Positions 19,333 to 29,499 of a DNA stretch of 64,000 bases are shown here, piece after piece. Location of the stretch: the IMG/VR virus record IMGVR_UViG_2744054962_000001; one strand, 5' to 3'. Each line of letters begins with the position of its first letter. Within the stretch, counting starts at the first letter, position 1. Below the pieces are notes generated by a model that was not told where the DNA came from, did not search any database, and saw only the letters and a list, made by a program, of their open reading frames with translations. The position numbers were made by a program, and so were the translations under genes. Origin of the DNA: a virus. Lineage: Duplodnaviria > Heunggongvirae > Uroviricota > Caudoviricetes.

Positions 19333-20082
19333 GTGAGCCACATGAGCCAAATCTTTTTCGATACCATCGACAACAACCAGTACGACTTCATGACAGAGTG
19401 GAATACCGCTGTTATGGACAAGTGGGTTGCTGAAAACATTGGTTTGTCGCGCTGTAAAGACGAGGCTGAACTCTTCGAGACGAAGTGGTTTGATTATCGC
19501 GACATGCATCCTCTCATGGCCACCTGTCTTTTTACGGAGGCATACAAACGTCAGTACTCAAATATCATGCTGACGCACGGTCGCGAACACTTTGAAACAG
19601 CTCCGTTCACCACCGGGTTAAAACGTCTGCCTTATCAGGAGTTGTCGACTGCCAACAAAACGTCGCTATGGAAAGCACGCCAGTTTGCGGATCGCTATTG
19701 CTGCTCATACGACTACTTTATCTCCACCGTTCTTTCCGCAGCTGCACGACGGCTGTGGGACAAGCTGCCGCGCCCACAGCATTTGTGGCAGCCAGAACTG
19801 ATTGAGATATTTGAAGAGAAATTAGCCAGACGCGCAACAACCCGTCTGGATGACTCTCTGGTTAGCTTTAAGCATATGGGAGACATGCAGTTCAACCCGA
19901 TTCAGGAAAGCTATTTTGAGTGGATTCTGGAGCGTTTGCGCACCATCCCTCGCAGTAAGCGCATACGCGCAATTTTCTCCGCTATCTGGCTAATGGAAAT
20001 CGTTCCAGAGCGCCTTATTTCCGCCCACTTTCCAGAAGAACTGGAAGAAGCACGGCGGTTTATTGATCCCCTATCTAATTAA
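19333..20082 (+). CDS. hypothetical protein upstream of helicase (possible helicase loader/replication accessory)
   Basis: 249 aa, no recognisable motif; function guessed from position only. Confidence 0.3.
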   Translation: MSHMSQIFFDTIDNNQYDFMTEWNTAVMDKWVAENIGLSRCKDEAELFETKWFDYRDMHPLMATCLFTEAYKRQYSNIMLTHGREHFETAPFTTGLKRLPYQELSTANKTSLWKARQFADRYCCSYDYFISTVLSAAARRLWDKLPRPQHLWQPELIEIFEEKLARRATTRLDDSLVSFKHMGDMQFNPIQESYFEWILERLRTIPRSKRIRAIFSAIWLMEIVPERLISAHFPEELEEARRFIDPLSN

Positions 20083-20125
20083 CTAATACTAGAAAACAAT
20101 TTGTTTAAAAAACAAAGGAAAGCAC

Positions 20126-21466
20126 ATGACCGAACTTTGCCATACAGGACGCGGGCTGTCCGAAGAGTTTGATGAAGATTTCCAGAACAGACTGACGGCA
20201 TATTTTTGTCGTGATCACGAGTTTCTTACTCGTGCGGGAGATCTGGTTGTGCCTAGCCAATTTGCCAATGCGGCCAATGCCATATTGGTTAATATGGTTT
20301 CGGGCTATTACCGTATGTACAAGAGCGCGCCCTCTTCATCTGCAATTCTGGATATGCTTAAGCGTGCGAAACGCGATAAGACTATCCGTGAGGAACTATT
20401 CGCCGATGTTGTTGCTGCGTTTAAGCGCATCCTTGCAGAAAAATTGTCCGATACCTCGTACATGGTTGACCAGGTATCAACCTTCGCAAAAAGCGTAGCG
20501 TTTGATGATGCTCTGATTAAGGCTGCTGAACTGAAAGAGAAAGGCGACTTTCAGGGGGCGATGGCAATCATGGCCAAGGTTCAGCAGATTGGATCGAACG
20601 AAGCGACCGGAATCTATGACTACTACACCTCCGCAAGTGAGCGATTGAAAGCGCGTGAATATGAGGCTTCAGAGGAGTATGTACCAAACAGTATTACAAC
20701 TGGACTCCCTCTTCTCGATAGGTTGCTGTACCAAAAAGGCTGGGCAAAGCGCGAAATGGTGCTCTTCATGGGGTTCGCTAAATCCGGTAAATCGACCGCA
20801 ATGGGTGAGTTTTCCATAAACGCAACGCTTGCTGGCTACAATGTTCTGTATCTCTCGCTGGAGGTTCACACCACCATTTTATCCGACCGTTTTGATGCAA
20901 GATTGTCGGAGACGGAAATGTCCAAGCTGGTGGAACGGCGCGATGAGGTTCATCGTAAGTTGGCAGAGTTGGGAGCCACGAAGGGGATTGGTAGTTTGTG
21001 GGTTGTTGAGCGTCCGTCAGGAAGTATGTCACCGGCAGACCTGGATCGTATGCTTAACAGCATGAAAGCCAATGGCATGGTGCCTGACATGGTTGTTGTC
21101 GACTACGCAGATTTGATGCGTGCCAGTTATGACCTTCGTGATGATCGCGCCAACATTCGTAGTATCTACACCGATTTACGTGCTCTTTATGACAAGCATA
21201 ACGTTGCTGGTATCACGGCGTCGCAAACAAACCGTGAAGGTGGCGCGTCAGAAGTTGCCACAATGATGCACGCTGCCGACAACATCGAAAAAGTACGTAT
21301 TGCTGACCTGGTAATAACGATCAACAAAACCGAAGAAGAAGAAGCGAAAGGAGAGGCTCGTCTCTACTTTGCTGGTTCGCGTAACCAGCAGGGAGGGATC
21401 AGCATTCGCGTTAAACAAAACCTCGAACAAATGCGCTTCATTGAGCGAATCTTAGACGTTACCTAA
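20126..21466 (+). CDS. DnaB-like replicative helicase
   Basis: RecA-fold C-terminal domain with Walker A GFAKSGKSTAM and DnaB-like following motifs (VLYLSLEV, VVVDYADLM, ASQTNREG). Confidence 0.75.
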   Translation: MTELCHTGRGLSEEFDEDFQNRLTAYFCRDHEFLTRAGDLVVPSQFANAANAILVNMVSGYYRMYKSAPSSSAILDMLKRAKRDKTIREELFADVVAAFKRILAEKLSDTSYMVDQVSTFAKSVAFDDALIKAAELKEKGDFQGAMAIMAKVQQIGSNEATGIYDYYTSASERLKAREYEASEEYVPNSITTGLPLLDRLLYQKGWAKREMVLFMGFAKSGKSTAMGEFSINATLAGYNVLYLSLEVHTTILSDRFDARLSETEMSKLVERRDEVHRKLAELGATKGIGSLWVVERPSGSMSPADLDRMLNSMKANGMVPDMVVVDYADLMRASYDLRDDRANIRSIYTDLRALYDKHNVAGITASQTNREGGASEVATMMHAADNIEKVRIADLVITINKTEEEEAKGEARLYFAGSRNQQGGISIRVKQNLEQMRFIERILDVT

Positions 21467-21547
21467 AAAATAAGCGTGGAGAACACCTCCACGCTTGATT
21501 CATTGGTGAAACAACTTTTCTTTTGCCAAACCACAAAAGAAAAACAC

Positions 21548-22729
21548 ATGAGCCTTTATGTTATATCAACATTTAGGTTGGTCACAATATTGCCTGTTAA
21601 AAGTGGAATTATCGTGAGCGAGCTGAAAGAGCTAATTACCGAATTAGATTTTGAACAATGGTTGGATACTGAAGGTATCGTTTATCGACGTGGAGGCGTG
21701 AGTACTCGCGGTCGTGAAGTGAATATCAAGGAGTGTCCGGTATGCGGCAGCTCCAACTGGAAGGTATATTTCAATCTGACCAGTGGCGTCGGTAAATGCT
21801 TCGCTGGTGATCATCCCGAAGAGATTCAGTTCAATAAGCTGGTCTTCCTCAAGCACTACAGCGGTAAATCACGACGACAGTTCGAGGAATATGTGCAGAA
21901 CGCTCTTCTTTCCCAGGGGTGGGCACCAAAGAAAGAAGAGATAGTGCTTGCAAGCACAGTCGAGTTAGAGGGACCAGTTGCACTCCCTCGTCATTACGAT
22001 CTTCCTATAGATGGCCATCTTCCAGACTATCTGGTTGAACGAAATATATCGCCTGAAATGGCAAAGTATTTTGACCTACGATACTGCGTCGAAGGCAAGC
22101 ACGCTTATGTAGATCCGTATACAGATCAGGTTAAAGGACAGATTTTCGATATGCGAATACTGATACCGGTTTACGATCTGGATGGGGTAATGAAGACATT
22201 TCAAGGACGAGACATTACCGGTACAGCAGAACGCCGCTACCTCTTCCCTATGCAGCTGCCGGCGTCGGGTAAGTTTCTCTACAACGGCCACAACGCAGTC
22301 GGGAAACAAACAGTCGTTGTGTGTGAAGGGGCATTTGACGTAATGGGCGTGAAGCGAGCCATCTTCGACGAAAAGACGCTGAGGGATTATGTAGAGCCAA
22401 TTGGCACGTTCGGGATGCACTTGTCCGGAAATATGAATGAGGACGCTGAAGATCAGTTGGGCGCGTTCCTGACGCTCAAGGCGCGTGGATTACGCAACGT
22501 CATCATGATGTGGGATAGCGAGAAGCAAGCGATCCGCAACACCATGTCGGCGGCCAAACGCCTCACCAGCATCGGACTAAATGTCAAAGTGGCCTGTCTG
22601 GGCGAAGAAGGTCTCGACCCCGGCGACGCGACGCCAGAGCAGATCCTCAAAGCCTATTATCGTGCCAAGCCTTACTCCAAACAGCTGGAGTTAAAATGCA
22701 AAGTGCTCGGTATCAAGTCACTCGTGTAG
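21548..22729 (+). CDS. DNA primase (zinc-finger plus TOPRIM)
   Basis: CPVCGSSNW...CFAGDH zinc-binding motif, TOPRIM-like VVVCEGAFDVMG; start chosen at Met preceded by the conserved AAAGAAAAACACATG motif (track ORF starts 21476). Confidence 0.6.
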   Translation: MSLYVISTFRLVTILPVKSGIIVSELKELITELDFEQWLDTEGIVYRRGGVSTRGREVNIKECPVCGSSNWKVYFNLTSGVGKCFAGDHPEEIQFNKLVFLKHYSGKSRRQFEEYVQNALLSQGWAPKKEEIVLASTVELEGPVALPRHYDLPIDGHLPDYLVERNISPEMAKYFDLRYCVEGKHAYVDPYTDQVKGQIFDMRILIPVYDLDGVMKTFQGRDITGTAERRYLFPMQLPASGKFLYNGHNAVGKQTVVVCEGAFDVMGVKRAIFDEKTLRDYVEPIGTFGMHLSGNMNEDAEDQLGAFLTLKARGLRNVIMMWDSEKQAIRNTMSAAKRLTSIGLNVKVACLGEEGLDPGDATPEQILKAYYRAKPYSKQLELKCKVLGIKSLV

Positions 22730-22730
22730 T

Positions 22731-23828
22731 TTAAGTTGTGGGAGACAGACGGTTCAGGACAAACGCTGCGATATTATTTAGTGCTATATTTAGCAAACTT
22801 GCATCATATGTTTGGTCGTTATCCTTAGGTTTAAAATTGCTGATACTGACTGTCTCACTGTGCTCATTTTCATAGAAACGTTTACTGCTTGAATCTAGGC
22901 GTTTGAGGACGTAAATTTGCCCAAATTCAATCCACTCACCTTCACCATTGAGTCCGCTCCCTGTTTTGACTGAGATGAAGTACTTTGCCAGCTTGGTTGT
23001 AATGCAGTCTTCATTTTTTTCTATGCAAACCTTAATGCCGGCGGCTTTCAAACTACGATAAATGCTGTTTGGATATGCCCCACTATAGATTTCGCTGCTT
23101 TCAATGATAATGACGTCGTATTCTTCCTTTGGCTCAATAGATAAAGCTTCAGGCTCCAAATCATCCTTGTGAAAAATAAATCCTAAAAGACGCTCAAGTT
23201 CATCTGTTAATTTGAACATGGGGTTCGCTTGGATCTCGCCAGCCCTGTCTTCGTAGACGAGCCCCGAGGTTATGAGCTTATTTAGCGATCTCAGAGCCAT
23301 TCCACTTTTTTGTGATGTGAGGCTAACTTGGGCTAATACAGTTGATTTATAGCCTTTTATTGGCGAGCTTGTTGTGATGTAAAGTTTGCGCGCATATTCA
23401 ATATCAAAGCAGGTTAACCCACTCAGTATGTGGATAAAAAATAGTTTTTCATCGTCGTTAAGGCTGCTGCGGGCTAGGCTTACCGTCAAGCGAATGTAGT
23501 ATTCTGTTTTCTTGTCTTCATCATCAAGCACGAGCTTTTTGACTAACGCCGAAAAGTGTTCTCTTGAGATATCGACCTCATCGTCGCAAATTTCACCAAT
23601 GCCCATAATGTAACGGTTGAATCGATCACGACAAGTCGTCGCATTTATCTCTGAGAACAACGTGAACATTTTTTCCGCTGCCTCAATATGAGGTCCAACA
23701 AGCGGTATAGATTTGGCAAACGCCAAACCAGTTTCTTTCAATACCTTCCTGTGTTGCATCACGTTTTTGGACAACGTTGTCATAGACCTAAGCCTTGTGT
23801 GTTTAACGTATGAGTTAAGTGAAATCAT
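22731..23828 (-). CDS. hypothetical protein, reverse-strand AT-rich orphan
   Basis: 365 aa ORF convergent with primase gene; no recognisable catalytic motif by eye. Confidence 0.45.
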   Translation of the reverse strand: MISLNSYVKHTRLRSMTTLSKNVMQHRKVLKETGLAFAKSIPLVGPHIEAAEKMFTLFSEINATTCRDRFNRYIMGIGEICDDEVDISREHFSALVKKLVLDDEDKKTEYYIRLTVSLARSSLNDDEKLFFIHILSGLTCFDIEYARKLYITTSSPIKGYKSTVLAQVSLTSQKSGMALRSLNKLITSGLVYEDRAGEIQANPMFKLTDELERLLGFIFHKDDLEPEALSIEPKEEYDVIIIESSEIYSGAYPNSIYRSLKAAGIKVCIEKNEDCITTKLAKYFISVKTGSGLNGEGEWIEFGQIYVLKRLDSSSKRFYENEHSETVSISNFKPKDNDQTYDASLLNIALNNIAAFVLNRLSPTT

Positions 23829-23966
23829 ATAGAAGTGACCTGACAGCTACAACTGGACAAGATTAAGAGCATTTTTTATAAACGAAAATAAACGCCTACA
23901 TTGATAAGTAGATACATACTTATATTTCTGTAAGAATATGCTCGACGAAGGAATTGAGGAACCTTT

Positions 23967-24761
23967 ATGAAAGCAGATATTCAGAAGTCCGTTACCGAAA
24001 TCATCGACAAATCAGGCGTAGAAATTGATACAGAAGAGCGCCAGAAGATTATCGATGAGGCGATCCAGACTGCGCTGGAGCACATCGCCACGTCTGTGAG
24101 CACCGCACCTCTTTCGGAAGGCTCGAAATACATGCGGGTCTGGGTTCGTTTTGGGGAGTCCCCGGAGCTGCCTGGTGTTAAACAGAAACGCGCGGCACTC
24201 GTGGCGTTCACTCGCAAAATGAAGGACGCAACGGTCGAAGTACGCGCCGGTGCATGGTACGACGGTCGCGTTGTCTACACCAATCAGGCAGTGTGCGATG
24301 AAGGTGAACGGTTTGAGGAAATTGTCGACGCGACTCTTCGCGCGATCAAAGGCAGGGCTGGCGTAGAGGATGATCCTTCTATCGCGGCGTTCCTGAGCAT
24401 TGTCGAACTGCCTGAAGTTACCGAACGCGTTACAGATCTGACAACCCCACCTGGTTTGCTGGAGTTGGTGGTCAGTGGCGATACCAAAAAAGCCGTTGAG
24501 CGCATTCGTGAGGTGGAATACGGCATCATCTGCGATATGTGCCGCAGCGACTTAGACCTGGTGCGCATCATTGTCGACGCGGGTCAGACATGTGACGGTG
24601 TGCTCGCCAGTTTTGCAGGGCAGGTGGCACGCCTGGCCAACGAGCTGCCGATGATTAAACAGGAGGCAAAATCCTACGCCGTCCACCATGCCAACGATTT
24701 ACTGGAACCATACCGGTTCGAAGCCGCTCAGGACAAAATGACTGGCTGGGCTACCTGGTAA
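23967..24761 (+). CDS. hypothetical protein
   Basis: 264 aa acidic protein, good codon usage, followed by terminator. Confidence 0.4.
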   Translation: MKADIQKSVTEIIDKSGVEIDTEERQKIIDEAIQTALEHIATSVSTAPLSEGSKYMRVWVRFGESPELPGVKQKRAALVAFTRKMKDATVEVRAGAWYDGRVVYTNQAVCDEGERFEEIVDATLRAIKGRAGVEDDPSIAAFLSIVELPEVTERVTDLTTPPGLLELVVSGDTKKAVERIREVEYGIICDMCRSDLDLVRIIVDAGQTCDGVLASFAGQVARLANELPMIKQEAKSYAVHHANDLLEPYRFEAAQDKMTGWATW

Positions 24762-24764
24762 GCC

Positions 24765-25307
24765 TTGATAAACCATTTAGCCCCCTGGTGGGGCTTTTTT
24801 AAACTGCGCTCAATAAGTAAGTACACGACTACGGTTAGAAGCATGTCCACAAAAACAGATTTGTCGAAAATCCCGTCTATCTCCGGAAACAACGGTTATT
24901 CGCTGCGCTGTCAGGAAGTGAAGATCAACGGCCATGAGGCCCATTGCAGCTATACAGTCTGCCAGCACACCATCCTCGCCTACAAAGAGAAGCGTCTCCC
25001 AGCGACATCGTTCCAGTCCTGCGCTGCGGCCATTGCTGCTGGAAAATGCCAGGCGCTGAAGATGATGGTCGAAGAGATCCGCAAAGGCGAACAGCTCTAC
25101 TTCATCGATATGGCTACGCTTATCAAAGAAGTGGAAGAGCAAAACGACCACGCCAGAACGCTTACCCGGAAGCGCAACACCATGACGATTCAACGCACGA
25201 AGAAAACAGAACCAGCCAAACCCGAAACCACGTCCACCGATTCACTGGCGCCTGTCACTGACGTGTACGCGGCACTCATTGAAGAAGCAACCAAAGAAAA
25301 CACATGA
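24765..25307 (+). CDS. hypothetical protein (Cys/His-rich)
   Basis: 180 aa; overlaps the upstream terminator so the true start is probably the internal Met (MSTKTDL). Confidence 0.3.
   Translation: MINHLAPWWGFFKLRSISKYTTTVRSMSTKTDLSKIPSISGNNGYSLRCQEVKINGHEAHCSYTVCQHTILAYKEKRLPATSFQSCAAAIAAGKCQALKMMVEEIRKGEQLYFIDMATLIKEVEEQNDHARTLTRKRNTMTIQRTKKTEPAKPETTSTDSLAPVTDVYAALIEEATKENT
24779..24800 (+). terminator. rho-independent terminator
   Basis: AGCCCC-ctggt-GGGGCT followed by TTTTTT. Confidence 0.65.
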
Positions 25308-25341
25308 AAACTCCCGAGCGACCGATGGAGGTTAAACACTA

Positions 25342-26664
25342 ATGGAAAAACTGATCGCCCTAAAGCACAAGCTGGATGCCATAAAAACGATGGGAACCAA
25401 CGCCAAAAAAGAGGCGCTGGCCAACCTTGATAAATTTGAGCAGAGCATGGTCTCGCTAATGCTCAACCCATTCATTCGATTCGGTGTGAAGAAGTACAAA
25501 GTGGTCGAGCCACTCGATACTTCCGTACCCATCGACCAGAAGGTAGTCGAGCTGCTGGAGAAGCTGGCGGCGCGCGAACTGACCGGGAACGCGGCCATTA
25601 CTGCTGTTGAGTCTATCGTGGCGTCAATGTGCGCCGATGGGCAGGACGTGTTCCGTCGTTTCCTCTTAAAAGACCCAAAAGCGGGTGTTGGGATTAGCCT
25701 ATGCAACAAGGTTTTTGAAAATCCCATTCCGAAATTCGAGGTGCAGCTGGCGTCACCGTATAAAGAAAAAGGCGACAAATACCCCTTCAAGCCAAACCCT
25801 AAAGCAAAATGGCCTATGATTGGCAGCCTTAAGCTCGATGGTTTGCGAGTAATTTGCGAGGTTATTGTTGACGAAGAAGAGGTTAACTTCCTTTCTCGTA
25901 CTGGTAATCCAATCACGTCTCTCGATCACCTAAAGCCAGCCATGCTCGAATTAGGCAAACTTTCAGGCCACAAACACATCTTCTTCGATGGTGAAGGAAC
26001 TGCCGGTTCATTTAACCAGTCCGTATCTGCATTGCGCAAAAAGAACGTGCAGGCAATTGGCGCTATTTATCATGTTTTCGACTTCTTCCTACCGGAATGG
26101 CGGGCACAGGCTAAATCCAAAGAGTATGCAAAGACAGGTATGAAGCTGAAAGAGCGCCTGGCTATTCTCGTGGCGTTGTTCAAAAACGATCGCAGTGAAG
26201 GCTACGCACAAGACATTCACCTGCATCCGTTCTATATCATCCATAGCCACGAAGACTTCATCGAACGCTTCATGAAACGCCTGGACGATAACGAAGAAGG
26301 GGAGATGGGCAAAGATCCGAACTCTGTTTACGAGTTTAAACGTACCCGCAGCTGGTGGAAGTTAAAAGACGAAGATTCAGAAGATGGTGAAATTATCGAT
26401 TTTGAGCCGGGCGATCCGGACTCTGGTTTTGCCAACACGCTTGGAAAAATTGTTATTCGTCTTGAAAACGGCGTCATCGTTCGTGCGAGCGGTATTAAGC
26501 ATAAATATCTGGACGAGATCTGGAACAACAAAGAGAAGTACCGTGGTCGTATTGTTGAGGTTCATTGTCACGAGAAAACACTGGATGGCAGCTTACGCCA
26601 CCCCCGACTGAAATGGCCGCGTTGCTTACGCGATACAGAAGATCGAATCGGAGATAAAGAATGA
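25342..26664 (+). CDS. ATP-dependent DNA ligase
   Basis: adenylation motif I KLDGLR (GSLKLDGLRV), size 440 aa. Confidence 0.7.
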   Translation: MEKLIALKHKLDAIKTMGTNAKKEALANLDKFEQSMVSLMLNPFIRFGVKKYKVVEPLDTSVPIDQKVVELLEKLAARELTGNAAITAVESIVASMCADGQDVFRRFLLKDPKAGVGISLCNKVFENPIPKFEVQLASPYKEKGDKYPFKPNPKAKWPMIGSLKLDGLRVICEVIVDEEEVNFLSRTGNPITSLDHLKPAMLELGKLSGHKHIFFDGEGTAGSFNQSVSALRKKNVQAIGAIYHVFDFFLPEWRAQAKSKEYAKTGMKLKERLAILVALFKNDRSEGYAQDIHLHPFYIIHSHEDFIERFMKRLDDNEEGEMGKDPNSVYEFKRTRSWWKLKDEDSEDGEIIDFEPGDPDSGFANTLGKIVIRLENGVIVRASGIKHKYLDEIWNNKEKYRGRIVEVHCHEKTLDGSLRHPRLKWPRCLRDTEDRIGDKE

Positions 26665-26823
26665 TGCTCGGCTGGATGATTGCATTTTTAGCAGTTGGTT
26701 TTTTCATAGGTATTGTGGTGATGTCCAGTTGCATTAATGACTACATTAAAAACGGTGTTATAGAAAGACGCGGTCGCATTTATCGCATTGTAGAAATAAC
26801 CAACACCGTGAAGGAGATTAAGG

Positions 26824-27039
26824 ATGATCGTATTAAGTAAACGGGAGAAGGAAACGCTTCATGAAATCAGTAAGTGGCCGGAGTTCCCTGAGTACTGGAA
26901 GCCTAAAACGCGAGCTAAGTTAGAGCGGTTAGGGTTGGTTGCAAACGTTTCTGAAACGAAGTGTTCGGCCAACTACCAGTTAACTGATAAAGGGAAAGTA
27001 TTGCTACAGCAATTAGTAGAATCAGGAGTGTTAAAATGA
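26824..27039 (+). CDS. hypothetical protein
   Basis: 71 aa, AAGGAG RBS upstream. Confidence 0.3.
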   Translation: MIVLSKREKETLHEISKWPEFPEYWKPKTRAKLERLGLVANVSETKCSANYQLTDKGKVLLQQLVESGVLK

Positions 27040-27184
27040 TTCCATACATCTCATTAGCTTTTATGGGTGGCTTCCTTATCGGCTTCGGCATCTGTCGTGA
27101 TTTAATTAAGCAGGAACTTAAAACCAAAACACTGTGCATCGGAAAGCGTGTGTATCGGGTAGTTCATGAAACAAAGGTTAGAAA

Positions 27185-27475
27185 ATGAGCAATTTAACTT
27201 CTTGGGACTGGTGGTTGGCCACCTATTTCTTAGCGGCCGGAGTCGCATTCGCCTTTTACGTAGGTCAGTTAGTCGTAAAACTGTTGCTGATTAAATTTGC
27301 CAGTCATAAACGTATCGATGATGGTCTGTGGCGTCTTGGCACCCTGGTGGAAACTCGCTACGGGCAACTTAAGGAGAACGAAACCATTACTATCCAAGCG
27401 AAACGATTCACTGCCACCATCACAAGAACACCTAGTCGTAGAGTGGCCTTGATCAAAAAAGTCACAACCGAATAA
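27185..27475 (+). CDS. hypothetical membrane protein
   Basis: 96 aa, N-terminal TM. Confidence 0.3.
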   Translation: MSNLTSWDWWLATYFLAAGVAFAFYVGQLVVKLLLIKFASHKRIDDGLWRLGTLVETRYGQLKENETITIQAKRFTATITRTPSRRVALIKKVTTE

Positions 27476-28253
27476 AAACATATCGATAAGTATTTACTTA
27501 CTTATCCTTTGTGTATAAGATGACTTTGTTTTCGTTGAGACGCGACTGTTTGAACTTAAATACAAGTGCAAACGAAGAAGTCTATCTGGCAGTAGCCTAA
27601 TAAGCCAAACACCAGCGAGGTCAGTTTCCAGCCTCGTTACCGAAATGGGACACACTGAGCGAGTGTGATTGCAGAACGCAGGAGGGAACATTCATGTTCC
27701 CTCCGATGAAGTAACAGAATGGGCGGTTGGTATATTTTCAACTCCATATGACTCCCGGATTCTTAGCCACTGACCGCCCATCCTGTTACGTCATTTTGTT
27801 CAATTATGTCGTTTATACTGGGTTAAAAAGCGGCGACGTAGCCCGGCTGGTATGGTTAGCCAGCACACAACGTTGAGGCCATTACATTTTTATCAATTCT
27901 AAGGTTCTATTCACAGAGATACCGGCGAGCGTTGATATGTAACATGTTGGGCAAACATTCAATCGGAGTAGTGGCCTCAACGTTGTGAAGACGGGATTGT
28001 TGTGTAGGTTTAACCACTGTTGCCATTGGTGCCTGTTTTCACAACAAATGATTCCATACATCACATTGTATAAATTACAAAGTAGGTGCTGTCCTCAGAA
28101 ACATCATCTACTTAAAGATTTTGCCTTCTACTATTGAGCGAAGTCGAAAGCGTCTGGCACTAACGAAAAGTGCAAGTAGCGGTGCGTTTCATGGCAGAAA
28201 CTAAACCGTCGCGATTGGCACTGTTGAGTAATAAATACTGGCAGTGCTGAATT

Positions 28254-28328
28254 GATGGTGTAGCTCAGCGGTAGAGCAGTTGGCTGTTAACCAACTGGTC
28301 GGTGGTTCGAATCCACCCACCATCGCCA
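28254..28328 (+). tRNA. tRNA-Asn (anticodon GTT)
   Basis: cloverleaf read by hand: acceptor GATGGTG/CACCATC, D-arm GCTC-AGCGGTA-GAGC, anticodon loop CTGTTAA, T-arm GGTGG-TTCGAAT-CCACC, encoded CCA. Confidence 0.8.
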
Positions 28329-28330
28329 AT

Positions 28331-28406
28331 GCCGGTTTAGCTCAGTTGGTAGAGCACCTGCCTTGTAAGCAGGATGTCAGCGGTTCGAATCCGTTAACCG
28401 GCACCA
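28331..28406 (+). tRNA. tRNA-Thr (anticodon TGT)
   Basis: acceptor GCCGGTT/AACCGGC, anticodon stem CCTGC/GCAGG with loop CTTGTAA, T-loop TTCGAAT, encoded CCA. Confidence 0.8.
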
Positions 28407-28414
28407 ACACAATT

Positions 28415-28501
28415 GGAGAGTAGAGAGCATGGTGCTCAAGCGGTCTTGAAAGCCGTCCCATTGCGCAAGCGATGATGGTTCGATTCCATTACTCTCCGCC
28501 A
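28415..28501 (+). tRNA. tRNA-Ser (anticodon TGA), type II with long variable arm
   Basis: acceptor GGAGAGT/ACTCTCC, anticodon loop CTTGAAA, variable-arm hairpin CATTGC-gcaa-GCGATG, T-loop TTCGATT, encoded CCA. Confidence 0.7.
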
Positions 28502-28656
28502 GACACAGCGTTGAGCGGTTTGGCCTATTAATCAACTCGATTAAGACTCCGCTAACATAAACCAGACCGCTCAACGCTGTGATAGACAATTACGGCAGAC
28601 GTTCTTAACCATAGCTTGCTAACATCATAGCAACACTTTTTTTCAGCGCAAAATTC

Positions 28657-28680
28657 AAAGGGGCTTCGGCCCCTTTTTTG
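28657..28680 (+). terminator. rho-independent terminator downstream of tRNA cluster
   Basis: AGGGGC-ttcg-GCCCCT followed by TTTTTT. Confidence 0.7.
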
Positions 28681-28722
28681 CAACTGAAAGAGTCAAGTCT
28701 ACGAACTTTGTAGGAAGAAATA

Positions 28723-29073
28723 ATGACCAGCAAAGAGAACACACCACTAAAAGTCACCTCTGAACACATTGAACAACTCATTCAAAGTGAACATTATTTC
28801 ACTGCATATGATGCCAGCCACGGGGATAACTTCATCTCTGTTTACAATTCAAAAACAGATATCGACAAAGGTCATGAGTCGTTAAAACTCTTAACGTTCT
28901 GCGTTATGGTTCTCAAAAATGGATATACCGTAACGGGAAAATCTGCGTGCGTAAGACCAGAAATCTTCAACTTTGATGTTGGTCGCGAGTACGCTCGAAA
29001 AGATGCTATCGATCAAATCTGGCCCCTGGAAGGCTATCTCCTGAAGCAAAAGTGGCATGAGGCAAAGCAATGA
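28723..29073 (+). CDS. hypothetical protein
   Basis: 116 aa; translationally coupled to downstream glutaredoxin-like gene. Confidence 0.3.
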   Translation: MTSKENTPLKVTSEHIEQLIQSEHYFTAYDASHGDNFISVYNSKTDIDKGHESLKLLTFCVMVLKNGYTVTGKSACVRPEIFNFDVGREYARKDAIDQIWPLEGYLLKQKWHEAKQ

Positions 29074-29315
29074 CGATCACTATCTACGGACGAGATAACT
29101 GCTCATACTGCAAACGTGCGGTCGAGCTGGCGAAGCAACTAAAGGGACATGGCTACGGTGATTATGAGTACATCGACATCACCACTGCCGGTATCGATAA
29201 GGAAAAACTTAGCGAAATTGTTGGAAAACCGGTAGAGACTATCCCCCAGGTGCTGATCGATGGCCAGCCGATTGGCGGATACACAGAGATGGCATCTTTC
29301 GTAAGTTTCTTATAA
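29070..29315 (+). CDS. glutaredoxin/NrdH-like redoxin
   Basis: 81 aa, active-site CSYC near N-terminus, thioredoxin-fold size. Confidence 0.7.
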   Translation: MTITIYGRDNCSYCKRAVELAKQLKGHGYGDYEYIDITTAGIDKEKLSEIVGKPVETIPQVLIDGQPIGGYTEMASFVSFL

Positions 29316-29352
29316 GTAAAGGCCACATCTTTGTATATATAGTACATATAAC

Positions 29353-29377
29353 AAAAAAGGCCCATATGGGCCTTTTT
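29353..29377. terminator. bidirectional rho-independent terminator
   Basis: AAAAAA-GGCCCA-ta-TGGGCC-TTTTT. Confidence 0.7.
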
Positions 29378-29499
29378 CATAACTTCTAGCTAATCACTAC
29401 AGAGGCTTAAAGACCACTTCACCCTTGCGTTCAGCTTCAGCTTTAGCAGTCATGAATCGTTTGATCATTTCGACTTTGCTAGCATGGATAGTTTTAAAA

